A stretch of DNA of 64,000 nt from an uncultured delta proteobacterium (GCA_963806225.1 CAWDXG010000004.1:2368001-2432000), one strand, 5' to 3'. Positions 39,628 to 50,320 are shown, counted from the first letter of the stretch. Translations and numbers: made by a program. The notes: generated from the letters alone by a model not told the origin.

Positions 39628-40500
39628 CTACATCAACGTGAGCAGCAGGCCCGCGAGACCGGCCAGCACGACCCCCTCGACCCACGCGGCGTTGAGGTTC
39701 CGATCCTGCTGGATCTCCTTGTCGATGCGCACGCCCGGCAACAGCAGGAAGTCGATGAACACGCGCAAGAGCAGCAGCACGACCACGCCAAACAGCCAAC
39801 GCACGCCGAACAGGGTGAGATTGTGCGTCCAGCTGGTGAAATCGCCGGCGATCGCGCCAACGAGGATGAGCCCCATCGCGATCAGGTTCATGCCCAGTGC
39901 GACGCCCGCCGCCACGTTGTCGTTCTCGATTTCCTGCGCCACGTTGTAGCGGCACACGGCCATGTAGATGTAGCCGTAGACGACCAGTCCCACCTGGCCC
40001 AGGCCAAAGAACGCAAGCGTGGTCTGCGGCCCGCCACCGCGGCCCTGCAGCGCCGCTGCGACGATCAGCCCGCTGGCGATGTAGGCGCCCATCTCGACCG
40101 AGCCCGCACCGACGTTGCGATCGCGGATGATCTCCTCGGTGGTGCTGAACTTGGGCAGGAGCACCTTGTCGACGATGATCCGCGCGAGGTTCAAGAGCAG
40201 GATGCCGAGCGCCATGTAGCCGGCCGTGTCGAGCAGGTCCTTCCACAACACGGAACCCGGAGCGCTCGGCGTGCGCAGCGGGCCGATGCACACGATGAGC
40301 ACCGCCAGGTAGTAGCCGGCGACGGACATGCCCACGGCGGGGTTGTCCCGCGCGGTGAGCTGCTCGCTAAGCTTGTAGGGCGTGAGGATGTCCTTGAACA
40401 GCCGCGCGACCACCAACATCACGAGCACCACGGCGAGATACGCGAAGTCCTTGGGCAGGGAGAACACGGTGGTCTTCAACAGGTCGATACCTTGCTGCAT
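39628..40500 (-). CDS. Tandem DUF350 (YjfL-like) membrane protein
   Basis: Repeated EEI..D.N.(A/G).G motifs with TM helices (four copies). Confidence 0.85.
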   Translation of the reverse strand: MQQGIDLLKTTVFSLPKDFAYLAVVLVMLVVARLFKDILTPYKLSEQLTARDNPAVGMSVAGYYLAVLIVCIGPLRTPSAPGSVLWKDLLDTAGYMALGILLLNLARIIVDKVLLPKFSTTEEIIRDRNVGAGSVEMGAYIASGLIVAAALQGRGGGPQTTLAFFGLGQVGLVVYGYIYMAVCRYNVAQEIENDNVAAGVALGMNLIAMGLILVGAIAGDFTSWTHNLTLFGVRWLFGVVVLLLLRVFIDFLLLPGVRIDKEIQQDRNLNAAWVEGVVLAGLAGLLLTLM

Positions 40501-40548
40501 GGCTCAGCTCCAATCGTCGGATTCGCTCTTCCAGGACCCGCACATGGC

Positions 40549-42141
40549 CTACTGCCAGTCCTTCCAGCCTTCGAGGTAGCGGCGGAGCACGATAGGGTCG
40601 TCGAGGGTGCTCGCTTTCTGCGAGGCGATACGCACATCGCGCGGAAACTCGAAAAGGCGCGGAAGCATCGCGTTGTCCAGATAGCGCGTGGGCACGCGCA
40701 GGTGGATCTTCGACACGTCGATCGGAAAGCCGGCCGCGAGCACGAAACCCCAGTCGCCGAACGAGGGCACGTCGGCATGATACGGCGCCACGTGCAGGCC
40801 GGCGGCGTGCAGCGTGTCCGCGATGCACCAGAACGCCTTCTTGGCGAAGAAGGGGCTGGTTGCCTGCGTGACGAGCACGCCGTCGTGCGCCAGGTGCCGC
40901 GAAAGCAGGCCGTAGAACTCCAGGCTGTAGAGCCGGGCCAGCGACGTGTCGTTCGGATCGGGCAGATCGATCACGATCACGTTGAACTGCCGGTGCGACT
41001 TCTTCGCGAACACCCAGGCGTCCCGATTCTCGATGTGGACGCGGCGCGAGCGGAAGCTGTCCTTGTTGATGCCGCGGAGCAGATGGTTGTCCCGCGCCAG
41101 GTTCGTCATCGCCGGGTCGAGATCAACGTCGGTGACGGACCCCACGTCCTTGTACTTGAGGATCTCGCGCGTCGCGATGCCGTCTCCGCCGCCGAGCACC
41201 AGCACGTTCTTGTGGCTCGGCGCCAGGGAAAACGCCGGGTGGATCAGCGCCTCGTGGTAGCGGTACTCGTCAAGCGAGGAAAACTGGAGGTTGCCGTTCA
41301 GGTACAGCCGGAGATCGCTGCGGTGACGGGTGATGACGATTTTCTGGTACGGCGACTGGCGCACCAGGAGCACCTGGTCATCGTAGATGGCGTGATGCCA
41401 GGGGCGCATCAGCGCGGACGAGAACACGAGCAGCAGGCCGAGCCCGACCAGCCCACCCAGACCGAACATCGTGAAGCCGATGCGCTGCCCCGGCGACACC
41501 TGCGTACTGAACGCCCTGAGCACGACCAGCGCGACGACAATATTGAGCGCCCCGGTGACCAACGAGCTCTTGAACGTTCCGAGCAGCGGCAGGAGCGCAA
41601 ACGGGAACAGCAGCGTCGCGGCGAGCGCACCCAGGTAGTCGAGCGACAGGATGTTCGACAGGCTCACCTCGAGCGCGAAGAAGCGCCGCATGGCGAGCAC
41701 CAGCATCGGGATCTCGAGCCCGGTGAGCGTGCCGATGACCGCGATGAACAGGACCATCGCGGGGTAGTACAGATCCGTGTACGCGTAGATCCCGTATAGG
41801 GCGGGAATACTCACGCCGCCGACCAGGCCGAGCGCGAGCTCCACCTTGACGAAGGTACCGAGCACGCGCTCTCCGAGCAGCCGCGACAGGAATGATCCGA
41901 TGCCCATCGAGGCCATGAACAGCCCGATGGTGATCGAGAACTGCTGGATGCTGTTGCCGAGGAAGTACGACGACGCCGTCCCGATCAAGAGCTCGTAGAC
42001 GATGGAGCAGAGCCCCGCCGCGAACACCGCGACAACCAGCACCGTTGTCTGGCGGGAGCTCAGCGCGGTCCGGCCAGCGCCGGACGCCGGCGAAGCGGGA
42101 TCGGTCGGACCGTCCGTGAAGCTGGAGACGTCGGTCGCCAT
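40549..42141 (-). CDS. speE: Membrane-anchored polyamine aminopropyltransferase (spermidine synthase)
   Basis: N-terminal TM block (GLCSIVYEL); [53 protein letters not shown]. Confidence 0.92.
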   Translation of the reverse strand: MATDVSSFTDGPTDPASPASGAGRTALSSRQTTVLVVAVFAAGLCSIVYELLIGTASSYFLGNSIQQFSITIGLFMASMGIGSFLSRLLGERVLGTFVKVELALGLVGGVSIPALYGIYAYTDLYYPAMVLFIAVIGTLTGLEIPMLVLAMRRFFALEVSLSNILSLDYLGALAATLLFPFALLPLLGTFKSSLVTGALNIVVALVVLRAFSTQVSPGQRIGFTMFGLGGLVGLGLLLVFSSALMRPWHHAIYDDQVLLVRQSPYQKIVITRHRSDLRLYLNGNLQFSSLDEYRYHEALIHPAFSLAPSHKNVLVLGGGDGIATREILKYKDVGSVTDVDLDPAMTNLARDNHLLRGINKDSFRSRRVHIENRDAWVFAKKSHRQFNVIVIDLPDPNDTSLARLYSLEFYGLLSRHLAHDGVLVTQATSPFFAKKAFWCIADTLHAAGLHVAPYHADVPSFGDWGFVLAAGFPIDVSKIHLRVPTRYLDNAMLPRLFEFPRDVRIASQKASTLDDPIVLRRYLEGWKDWQ

Positions 42142-42160
42142 ACGCGCGAGCCCCCCGCGG

Positions 42161-42370
42161 CTACTTGCCGGGGTGCATGCCGCCGCCACGCGTGCCGCCG
42201 CGAACGCTGCGGGTGTGGAAGGTCTGGACGCTGCTCGAATACCAGAAGGACGACGTGTTGCTCCAGCCCCGGTAGCCATCGTAGCCGTAACCGTGCAGGG
42301 TCGGGACCATCAACGCGCCGTAGGTGCCCAGAAGGCCGAACCCGAGTAGCGCCAGAAGTGCGATCTTCAC
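42161..42370 (-). CDS. Small TM protein with Gly-rich C-terminus
   Basis: 69 aa, one TM helix, ends [15 protein letters not shown]; such peptides typically occur in DUF350/speE operons. Confidence 0.65.
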   Translation of the reverse strand: MKIALLALLGFGLLGTYGALMVPTLHGYGYDGYRGWSNTSSFWYSSSVQTFHTRSVRGGTRGGGMHPGK

Positions 42371-42382
42371 GACACGCTCCCG

Positions 42383-43426
42383 TCAATCGTCATCGTCGTC
42401 ATCCATCTCGATGCTCGCCGGCGTCATCATGGCGCCGGCCACGAAGAAGAAGATGCCGCCGATCAGACCGACGATTCCCGCCGCGAAGTACGGCACGGAA
42501 CTGCCCTTGACCGGCGTGATCCAGGCCTGGATATTGCCGCCGATCTGCTTGTATGTCGGCTGCTCGGTGTACAGGTGGGCGAAGTACGTGCCCTTCTTCG
42601 GCACGGTGAGCTTGAAGTCGAACTTGTTCTTCTGCTCGTCCCAGCGACCCTCGTCGTAGCCCGTCTCGTGCCAGAACTCGTAGCCGAAGCCGAACAGGTA
42701 CTCCTTGTTCTGGTCGAGCATCTCGCCGTCGAGGTACGACCAGCCGTAGCCGTTCAGCGTCTCCTTGACGGTGAACTCGAGCACCGTGTTGTCCTTGGAC
42801 ACGACGATCGGACCGAGAATGCCGCCGCTCGACGGCAACGTGCCCGAGACCGTCTTGCCGTCGTCGGAGCCGAACACGGCCGACGTGATCAGGCACAGGA
42901 TCCCGAAGACGAAGATCATCATGCCCGCGATGCGGACGGTGCGTCCGACCTCGCGCTTGCGGTCGGTCTCCGACTTGATCGGATTGACCGGCTGGAACGA
43001 CCCGGGGGGCTGCGGCGCGCCGTAGCCCGGCGCTTGCGGATCGGGCTGGCCGGGTGCGCCGTACCCCGGCTGCTGCGGAGGCACGTAGCCCGGCTGTGGC
43101 TGGCCCGGAGCGCCGTAGTCCGGTTGCTGCCCGGGAGCACCGTAGCCCGGCTGCTGCGGAGGCACGCCATAGCCCGGTTGCTGGGGCTGCCCGGGCGCGC
43201 CGTAGCCCGGCTGCTGCGGAGGCACGCCATAGCCGGGTTGCTGCGGCTGCTGCCCGGGCACGCCGTATCCCGGTTGCTGCGGCGCGGTGTAGCCCGGCTG
43301 CTGCGCCGGATAGGTCGCCTGTGGTTGCTGTCCGGCGCCGGGCTGTCCCGGCTGTGGTTGCCCCGGCGGCCCAGCCCCGCCAGGACCGCCACCCGGAGGA
43401 AAAGGATTCCCCGGAGGTCCCTGCAT
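42383..43426 (-). CDS. Membrane protein with long QQPGYGxP-repeat N-terminus
   Basis: About 140 aa of P/Q/G/Y repeats, TM helix, beta-rich domain ([15 protein letters not shown]...GTY), second TM, poly-Asp tail. Confidence 0.8.
   Translation of the reverse strand: MQGPPGNPFPPGGGPGGAGPPGQPQPGQPGAGQQPQATYPAQQPGYTAPQQPGYGVPGQQPQQPGYGVPPQQPGYGAPGQPQQPGYGVPPQQPGYGAPGQQPDYGAPGQPQPGYVPPQQPGYGAPGQPDPQAPGYGAPQPPGSFQPVNPIKSETDRKREVGRTVRIAGMMIFVFGILCLITSAVFGSDDGKTVSGTLPSSGGILGPIVVSKDNTVLEFTVKETLNGYGWSYLDGEMLDQNKEYLFGFGYEFWHETGYDEGRWDEQKNKFDFKLTVPKKGTYFAHLYTEQPTYKQIGGNIQAWITPVKGSSVPYFAAGIVGLIGGIFFFVAGAMMTPASIEMDDDDDD
43020..43320 (-). repeat. Coding tandem repeats (QQPGYGxP units, roughly 27-33 nt each)
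   Basis: Recurring plus-strand gtagcccggctgctgc unit. Confidence 0.85.
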
Positions 43427-43467
43427 CGCCTTTGATAATTCTCAAGAATGGCGCCGGAAGTCCACCG

Positions 43468-44613
43468 TTATCCGCGCGCCAGCACAGCGCGCAGCTCCGG
43501 TTGCTTGCGCATGCGCCAGATCCTTCCCTCGACCCAGTAGTGCCACAGCACGATCATCCAGAACGGGACGAAAAGCCACGACCAGCGCGGGCTCATCAGG
43601 CCCACGACCTCGATCACGCCCACGACCAGGCCGTATGCCAGCGCCATCAGCAGCCAGCGCCGCACCATGCGGCGCTTTTCCGGAAAGCGCTTGCGCTGGA
43701 AGTTCATCATCCAGCCCTGGTACTGCACGTCGTGATAGGTCGTCTCGAGCGCCTCGGCGACGAGGAACGGCGTCGCGGTGAAGTAGAGCACCAGCCCGCG
43801 CGTGCCGAGCGCCGCGGCCATCAGCAGGATCTTTGGCAAGATGATGGGGCGGCCGTTCATCAACAGCCAGATCTGCCGGAGCGCGAAGCAACCGAGCGAA
43901 AACAGGAAGCCGTACCAGACGACCTGGGCCATGAACGGCGGCAGGTTCGGGAAAGGCGCGCTGGCCTTGCCGTAGATGATCGTGTGCCGCGGGTTGCCCG
44001 TGTAGTCGTACAGATAGAACGCGAAGGCGCCGAGATAGAACGTCGCCGTGTCGATCCAGTGATCGAGCTTGTCGCGATCGTTGTTCACGGCCTTGTACGC
44101 GCGGAGGATGCCCCAGTGCTGGCGGATGATGTGCCAGCTGCCGAACAGCGCTCCGAACACGATCACGTACGGGTCCCAACCCACCGCCGAGAGTGCGAAG
44201 CCCGCCGCGATGAACGCCGCGAGCCCCCAGGTGTGCGCGATGCGGTACCGCGCGAAGTTCTCCCCGTCGACGTGCGTGCGCGAGAAGGTCTGGAAGATGT
44301 GCGGGTGGTCGAAGACGGTCGTGAACAGGAAGTACGTGATCAGCACGCTGCCGGCGTGCGGCGCGAAACCGAGATGGCACAGGCCGTGGTAGATGCCCAG
44401 GAACAGGACGGTCAGAAGGCAGCTGCCGATGAAGAAGAACAGGTCGTAGCGCTGCCCGACCAGCCAGTTGGCGGACACGCGCTTGCGAGCAGTGCGCGAG
44501 ACCGCGCGCCGGGCGACGGCCGGCGCAGGCCCGAGTCCACCCAGCTGCTCCGCACCGCTCGCGATCGCCAAGGGATCGTGCGGCGCGGTGCCGCTTTCCA
44601 CCGCGCTGGCCAC
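43468..44613 (-). CDS. Integral membrane protein with conserved His motifs
   Basis: Multiple TM helices; DHPH, WHIIRQHWG, YHDVQY, HYW.EGRIW. Confidence 0.75.
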   Translation of the reverse strand: MASAVESGTAPHDPLAIASGAEQLGGLGPAPAVARRAVSRTARKRVSANWLVGQRYDLFFFIGSCLLTVLFLGIYHGLCHLGFAPHAGSVLITYFLFTTVFDHPHIFQTFSRTHVDGENFARYRIAHTWGLAAFIAAGFALSAVGWDPYVIVFGALFGSWHIIRQHWGILRAYKAVNNDRDKLDHWIDTATFYLGAFAFYLYDYTGNPRHTIIYGKASAPFPNLPPFMAQVVWYGFLFSLGCFALRQIWLLMNGRPIILPKILLMAAALGTRGLVLYFTATPFLVAEALETTYHDVQYQGWMMNFQRKRFPEKRRMVRRWLLMALAYGLVVGVIEVVGLMSPRWSWLFVPFWMIVLWHYWVEGRIWRMRKQPELRAVLARG

Positions 44614-44713
44614 AGTGCGGGCATCCTACCGGAACTCGTCCGCCGGCGCAGCCCATCCGGTCGTGTAAATGACTATCTGGCTGCCGCGAGGCGGATGGTA
44701 CGCTGGGTGCGCG

Positions 44714-44992
44714 ATGTCGGAACGGGGGGAAGTCAATGTGTCGCGGTTCCAGATCGGCGGCGTCGCTTTCGTAGTGGCCAGCCGCGACGTGCGGTCGCCG
44801 CTCGGTCGCTACGGGCTGACACCTGCCGAAGAGGCGGTGTGCCGGCTCGTGCTCGAGGGCAAGTCGAACGGCGAGGTCGCCGAGCTGCGCGGCACCTCGA
44901 CACGAACCGTCGCCAACCAGCTCCAATCCGTCTACATCAAGGTTGGCGTGCGCGGCCGGCGCGAGCTTGCCGCTGCACTCGGCGCCGGATAG
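44714..44992 (+). CDS. Small LuxR-type HTH regulator
   Basis: LTPAEEAV...GKSNGEVA..RGTS.RTVANQL..VY.K.GV..R.EL. Confidence 0.85.
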   Translation: MSERGEVNVSRFQIGGVAFVVASRDVRSPLGRYGLTPAEEAVCRLVLEGKSNGEVAELRGTSTRTVANQLQSVYIKVGVRGRRELAAALGAG

Positions 44993-44997
44993 CGGCC

Positions 44998-46038
44998 ATG
45001 CGCTACGCGGGGGCGATCAACGTCGTCGAGGCGGCGTATCAACTGGATCTCGACGAGACCGCCTGGATGCGCGCCCTGGGTCTCGCCGCAGCAAGCGCGA
45101 TCGGCAGCGATTTCCCCGTGATGGTCACGATCGCCGACACTCCGCCCGGCGACTTCCGCGTGCTCAAACGCGAGTTCGTGCCCGAGGACGCCGAGCTCGA
45201 GCGGCTGATCCTCGGCACGGAGTCGATGATGCCGCCGGACAGCCGCGCGCAAGCCTATCGGCAGCACGGCTGCGTCACGATCGCACAGTTCGCGGCGTCG
45301 CTGCCCGGTCTGGGCGTTGACGTGCTGCGCGCGATCTTCGCACCGGAGATGCATCCGCGCGGTATCCACGACGCCTTCATCGTTGTCGCCTCCGACGGCA
45401 GCGGCAGAGCGCTGAGCGTGCAGGGAGCGCTGCGCGAGGAGACGCCGAACATCCACCCCAAGGTCCGCAACGCCTGGAGCCGGATCGCCAGCCACATGAT
45501 CGCCGCGACGAGGCTGCGGCAGGCCGTCGGCGAGGAGCACGACATCCTCGGCTCCGCAGAAGCCGTGATGGCCCCGGACGGCCATCTGCTGCACGCCAGC
45601 GGTCGCGCGAAATCCCGGAGCGCGCGCCAGCGGCTGCGGGAGGCAGCCCTGGCGGTGGATCGGGCCCGGACGCGGGAGGGGCGCTCCAACGCCGACGAAG
45701 CACTGGATTCGTGGCGCGGGCTGTTCGCCGGCCGCTGGACGCTGGCCGAAACGTTCGACAGCGACGGGCGGCGCTTCGTGGTGGCGCACGTCAACGAACC
45801 GGAGACCGCCGAGGACCGGCGACTGACCCGGCGCGAGCGACAGGTCGCGGCGCTCGCCGGCGTCGGGCAGAGCGACGACATCATCGCCTACACGCTCGGC
45901 CTGGCGCCCGCGACCGTGCGCACCCACCTGGTCCGGGCCATGCGCAAGATGAACGTCACCTCCCGCATCCAGCTCATCGAAGTCGCCTCGATGCTGGTCG
46001 GTCCGGGGCGGAGCTGGGGACGAGCGGGCAAGAAATAG
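44998..46038 (+). CDS. LuxR-family transcriptional regulator
   Basis: C-terminal LTRRERQVA...IAYTLGLA..TVRTHL..AMRK; W.GL..GRWTL.E.FDSDGRR motif. Confidence 0.88.
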   Translation: MRYAGAINVVEAAYQLDLDETAWMRALGLAAASAIGSDFPVMVTIADTPPGDFRVLKREFVPEDAELERLILGTESMMPPDSRAQAYRQHGCVTIAQFAASLPGLGVDVLRAIFAPEMHPRGIHDAFIVVASDGSGRALSVQGALREETPNIHPKVRNAWSRIASHMIAATRLRQAVGEEHDILGSAEAVMAPDGHLLHASGRAKSRSARQRLREAALAVDRARTREGRSNADEALDSWRGLFAGRWTLAETFDSDGRRFVVAHVNEPETAEDRRLTRRERQVAALAGVGQSDDIIAYTLGLAPATVRTHLVRAMRKMNVTSRIQLIEVASMLVGPGRSWGRAGKK

Positions 46039-46062
46039 CAACCTGATGCGTGTGCGACGAGC

Positions 46063-46971
46063 TCACGGCAGGCTGGCCAGGACGGCGAGCAGGTGCTCGC
46101 CCAGCCAGTCCGCGCCCGGCTCGTTGACGTGCGCGTCGCTGAAGATCGCCCAGTCCGGGTGGATGCAGGGCGCGCCGTCCGGGTCGTATGTGCGCTGCCC
46201 CGCAGCGTTGACGCTCTCCCAGTAGGCGAGGTCGAACACCCTGCCGGCGTAGCTGTGCCGGATGCGTTGGTTCCACTGCTCGTAGTGGACGTTGCCCCAG
46301 TAGGCGTCGCAGTTGTTGATGGGAAGGGTCGCGTGCACGAACAGCGTGCCGGGATACTTCGCCTCGAGCGCGTCCATCGTGGGCTTGTACACGGTGGAGA
46401 ACCACGTCGCCTGCGACACGCCGCCGGTCCCGGAAACGGTGCCATTTTCCTGGTCGATGTCCGGCGTGCCCAGCTTGAACACGACGATGTCCATGGCGCC
46501 GCCCAGCCCGCCGCGGATGTACTGATCGAATAGCGCGAGCTTGGTCGTGGGGTCGCCGTTGTACGCGCCGTGTGACCACTCGCCGACACGGCCCACGCCG
46601 ATGGCGCCAGCCGCGTGCACATCGGTCGCGACGGACGTGCCCGAGCCCGGTTGGTCAGCGACGATCTTGATCAGACCCCAGGTGGGGGCGGGCCAGGCGC
46701 CGATCGCCTGGTAGACGCCCATCGCTTCGCCTCCCACCGATGCATGCTGGAAGTATATGCGCTTGCCCGACAGCGCGGAGAGCCGCGCGAAGTCGGTGAC
46801 GGGAGCCGCGGCATCGCTGGCATCGCTCGTTGTGCTCGCGTCGATCGCTCCGTCCTCTCCTGCGTCGACCGCGACCGCGGAGGTCGGCCCCACTTCACAA
46901 GCCCAGAGCCCTGCCCACAACACAGCCAGGACCAGAAAGCGCGCGCGATCCGGAAACGCAGAAGCCAGCAT
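46063..46971 (-). CDS. SGNH-like hydrolase lipoprotein (putative)
   Basis: LWAC lipobox-like site, IYFQHASVG, C-terminal D.H.N..G. Confidence 0.6.
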   Translation of the reverse strand: MLASAFPDRARFLVLAVLWAGLWACEVGPTSAVAVDAGEDGAIDASTTSDASDAAAPVTDFARLSALSGKRIYFQHASVGGEAMGVYQAIGAWPAPTWGLIKIVADQPGSGTSVATDVHAAGAIGVGRVGEWSHGAYNGDPTTKLALFDQYIRGGLGGAMDIVVFKLGTPDIDQENGTVSGTGGVSQATWFSTVYKPTMDALEAKYPGTLFVHATLPINNCDAYWGNVHYEQWNQRIRHSYAGRVFDLAYWESVNAAGQRTYDPDGAPCIHPDWAIFSDAHVNEPGADWLGEHLLAVLASLP

Positions 46972-46999
46972 GAGCGCACCCTCCCCCTGGCTCGAATCG

Positions 47000-47015
47000 A
47001 GCAAGCGCCGTGCCA
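47000..47015 (-). promoter_or_regulatory. Candidate sigma54 promoter
   Basis: Minus strand TGGCACGGCGCTTGCT, a full consensus match 28 nt before the ATG at 46971. Confidence 0.7.
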
Positions 47016-47321
47016 AGCGCGCCTGCTATTGCGCGTCGAACAGCTGCGCTTGCACGCCATCCGCGCAGAGCCCGGCCCTGGGCCGACGCCGGTCAGGGCA
47101 GATACGCCCCGGCGAACACCGTCAGATTCGCGTCGTTCGCGGCGATGGGGACGGTCGTGCAGCTGTCGCCGCCGTCGCTGGTGACGATGCCGGACGGCCA
47201 GAGCTCCAAGAAGGGCTGCGCGCCGCTCGAGGGGCAGCGCTCCGTCAGCGACATCGTTGCGGGCGGCGGCCGGGTTCTGACCGTAGGTCCGGGCCTCGCT
47301 CTGCCGCCCTCGCGCGCTCCG

Positions 47322-48863
47322 CTATTCGCCCGGCAATGGCGCCGCGACCGCGGGAACAGGCTGTTCGCGGCTCCCTCGCGGCGCGACCGCTCCAGGCACC
47401 AGCTCGTAGTGGGCGGGGTCGAAATGGCGCGTTCGCGCCCGGAACTCGAAGGTGAAGCCCGGCCAGAGCGTGGTGTTCTTGCCGGTGCTGGTCTGGTACC
47501 AGCTCACGCAGCCGGTCGACCACACGGTGCGCGACAGCCGCTGGTGCAGGCGCTGGTTGTAGCGGTCCTGCGCGTCACGGCGCACGTCCATCAGCTTGAG
47601 GCCACGTGCGCGCAGCGTCTTCACGGCACGCAGGATGTACTCCACCTGCGACTCGATGATGTACACCATGGAGCTGTGGCCGAGCCCGGTGTTCGGGCCC
47701 ACGATCATGAAGAAGTTCGGGAAGCCCGCGACGGTCGTGCCCTTGTACGCCTCGGCGCCGTCCGCCCACTCGGTGTTCAGGTCGCGACCGCCGCGCCCGC
47801 GCACCTCGAACGGCGCGACGGCCTCCGCCGCCTGGAAACCGGTCGCGCAGATGATCGCGTCGAGCCGGTGCAGCGTGCCGTCGCGCGTCAGGATGCCCTC
47901 GGGGCGAACCTCCTGTATTCCGTCGGTCACCACGTCGACGTTGTCGCGGCAGAGCGCCGGGTAGTAGTCGTTCGTGAGCAGCACGCGCTTGCAGCCGAGC
48001 GTGTAGTCCGGCGTCAGCTTCGCGCGGAGCTCCCGATCGGGCACGGCCCGCCGGAGGTAGCGGAGCGCGAAGCGCTCGGCGAACTTGTTGATGCGCGGGT
48101 CGACCACGAAACCGAGCGCGAACAGCTCGTGGCGCCAGTACTGCGCGTAGCGGGCCAGCCGCTGCGTGAAGGGCAAGCGACGGAAGCGTCGCTGCTCGTC
48201 CGGCGTGATGTCGCGGTCGGGCTTGGGCAGAATCCACGGCGGCGTGCGCTGGAACACCGCGAGCCGACCGACGGTCGGCGCTATCGACGGCACGATCTGG
48301 ATCGCGCTCGCGCCGGTACCGATGACGCCCACCATCTTGCCCTCGAGCGGCGTGTCGTGATCCCAGCGCGCCGAGTGGAAGAGCGCGCCTTCGAAGCCGT
48401 CGAGCCCCGGAATGTCCGGGTACGACGGGCGGCTAAGACCGCCGCATCCGGAAACCAGCACGCGTGCGATGAGGTGCTCGCCGTCCTCGGTCTGCACGTC
48501 CCAGAGCCCGGTGTCCTCGTCGAAGCGCGCAGCGGTGACCGCGGTGCCGAGACGCAGATGCGGGCGCAGCCCGAACTCGTCCACGCAGCGCACCAGGTAG
48601 TCGAGGATCTCCTTCTGCGGCGCGAACTGCCGCGACCAGTCCGGGTTCGGCGCGAACGAGAACGAGTACAGGTGCGACTCCACGTCGCAGGCCGCGCCCG
48701 GATAGTGGTTGTCGCGCCAGGTTCCGCCGACCTGGTCGGCCTGCTCGAGGATCGTGAAGTCCTCGATCCCGGCCTGCTTGAGGCGGATGCCCATGCCGAT
48801 GCCGGCAAAGCCGGAGCCGATGATCAGGATGTGGTCGTTGCGCGGGGAGCTCGGCTCTGCCAT
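47322..48863 (-). CDS. Baeyer-Villiger / flavin-containing monooxygenase
   Basis: GSGFAG, GGTWRDNHYPGAACD, FEGALFHSARWDH (FxGxxxHxxxW fingerprint), GTGASA, ATGF. Confidence 0.95.
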   Translation of the reverse strand: MAEPSSPRNDHILIIGSGFAGIGMGIRLKQAGIEDFTILEQADQVGGTWRDNHYPGAACDVESHLYSFSFAPNPDWSRQFAPQKEILDYLVRCVDEFGLRPHLRLGTAVTAARFDEDTGLWDVQTEDGEHLIARVLVSGCGGLSRPSYPDIPGLDGFEGALFHSARWDHDTPLEGKMVGVIGTGASAIQIVPSIAPTVGRLAVFQRTPPWILPKPDRDITPDEQRRFRRLPFTQRLARYAQYWRHELFALGFVVDPRINKFAERFALRYLRRAVPDRELRAKLTPDYTLGCKRVLLTNDYYPALCRDNVDVVTDGIQEVRPEGILTRDGTLHRLDAIICATGFQAAEAVAPFEVRGRGGRDLNTEWADGAEAYKGTTVAGFPNFFMIVGPNTGLGHSSMVYIIESQVEYILRAVKTLRARGLKLMDVRRDAQDRYNQRLHQRLSRTVWSTGCVSWYQTSTGKNTTLWPGFTFEFRARTRHFDPAHYELVPGAVAPRGSREQPVPAVAAPLPGE

Positions 48864-48864
48864 A

Positions 48865-48888
48865 TTCGCCGATACTTGTATCGGCGAA
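48865..48888. promoter_or_regulatory. Inverted repeat, candidate TetR operator
   Basis: TTCGCCGATAC-TT-GTATCGGCGAA (perfect 11-bp arms) directly upstream of the BVMO start, between divergent BVMO and tetR genes. Confidence 0.75.
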
Positions 48889-49006
48889 GCGGACTGTCAA
48901 GGGATCCAGCTAAAAGCCTATATTTCTGTGCTTGTTGACGGGCTTGCGGGTCGCATTCGACCCTGGTAACCGATGGTATCATCAGCATGAAGACGGAGCT
49001 CCGACC

Positions 49007-49630
49007 GTGACGCGTGCCCTGACGCGCGAGGAATCGAAGCTGATCACGCGGCGCCGTCTGCTGGAGGCGGCCGCGAAGATCCTCCGCGAGGCGGGCTCGG
49101 GGAAGCTGAGCGCCAGCGCGGTCGCTCGCGAGGCGGGCATCGCGCAGCCGACCTTCTACGTGCACTTCAAGGACAAGGACGATCTGCTCCACACGCTCGC
49201 CCGCGAGAAGCTCGACGCGATGCGCCGCCCGCTCAAGGAGGCGCGGCGCGAGTTGGCGACCGGAGAAGGCGGGCTCGAAGCACTGCAGCGCACCTTTCGT
49301 CTTCCGCTCGAGGCGCTGGTCGAGCACCCCGAGCTGTTCCGCCTGTACGTCCAGCAGTTCCACGACCCGGGTTCGGTGTTCGGCGCGCAGGCGCGCGAGC
49401 TGCACCGCGAGCTCGAGCAGGATCTGGTGGAGGATCTGGTCGCGCTGGGTGTTCCGGCGGAGAGCGCGGCCGAACGGCAGCGTCTGGAGATGCTGGCAGC
49501 GGGGATGATCGCGCTCACGCAGACGCTCGCTCTCGGATACGTGGACGGGCACTACAGCGATCTGGATGCGGTCGTCGACGTGCTGACGCGTTTCGCCCTC
49601 GGCGCCGTGAGTCCGCTGCCCGCGACCTGA
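49007..49630 (+). CDS. TetR/AcrR-family transcriptional regulator
   Basis: TRRRLLEAA...VAREAGIAQPTFYVHFKDKDDL. Confidence 0.93.
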   Translation: MTRALTREESKLITRRRLLEAAAKILREAGSGKLSASAVAREAGIAQPTFYVHFKDKDDLLHTLAREKLDAMRRPLKEARRELATGEGGLEALQRTFRLPLEALVEHPELFRLYVQQFHDPGSVFGAQARELHRELEQDLVEDLVALGVPAESAAERQRLEMLAAGMIALTQTLALGYVDGHYSDLDAVVDVLTRFALGAVSPLPAT

Positions 49631-49801
49631 ACCATGACGGCGATGTCACACCGACAGTCGTGTGGGAGCGTACGCGTGCGGTCCCGGACAGATGGCACGC
49701 CTGTTGCTCGGTATCGACCGCTCGCGTGAAGCTGCTGGGGTGGCTTGCGGGGGCCTGGCGCGAGGAGCGCGCCACGCGGTTGGGCGCCGCACCGACATCG
49801 T

Positions 49802-50320
49802 CTAGGTGCACTTCGCCTCGAGAACCTCGCCGAGGTGCCGGAGCACGAGCGCGTGAAGGTGCCCGGGACAGGCGACCTTGCCGGGCATTTCTGTAGCTCT
49901 CACACCGTCAGGATAGAGGCAGAGCTTCACCCCAGCGTCGGTCTGGAAGCACACGACCCCATCGACCAGGCGGGCGGTCCGCCCATACCCGTGGCTCAAG
50001 CCTAGCTCCGTCACGCGCCCGTCGATGGCGACCGGTCCCTCGATCGAATCCGGCGTCGCCGACCACGCGGCCAACAATCCGACGACGATGGCCGCGCCTC
50101 CCATGGCCACCCGAGGCAGGTCGGCCGCCTTCGCGATCAGGAGACCGAGCCCGAAGGCGATCCCCACCTGGAGGCTGATGCGCACGACCACCCAGAACCG
50201 CCAGTTGTGCGGATCAAGCGGGATGAACATCGTGAATCCGGCGCCACACATCAAGACGCCTACGGCGATCACCAGTCCGCTCACCATCAGCACCGTGCCC
50301 CGCTTGCCCAGCTCCTTCAT
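49802..50320 (-). CDS. Hypothetical membrane protein
   Basis: Three hydrophobic segments after MKELGKRG; GGGAG upstream of the ATG. Confidence 0.55.
   Translation of the reverse strand: MKELGKRGTVLMVSGLVIAVGVLMCGAGFTMFIPLDPHNWRFWVVVRISLQVGIAFGLGLLIAKAADLPRVAMGGAAIVVGLLAAWSATPDSIEGPVAIDGRVTELGLSHGYGRTARLVDGVVCFQTDAGVKLCLYPDGVRATEMPGKVACPGHLHALVLRHLGEVLEAKCT

Noticed and set aside
43020..43320. Regularly spaced repeats that could suggest a CRISPR array (also 52620-52850)
   Set aside because: The units are codon-phased coding repeats without unique spacers, and no cas genes are present.
47093..47254. 53-aa minus-strand ORF MSLTERCPSSG...
   Set aside because: No RBS or recognisable motif; possibly a C-terminal remnant.
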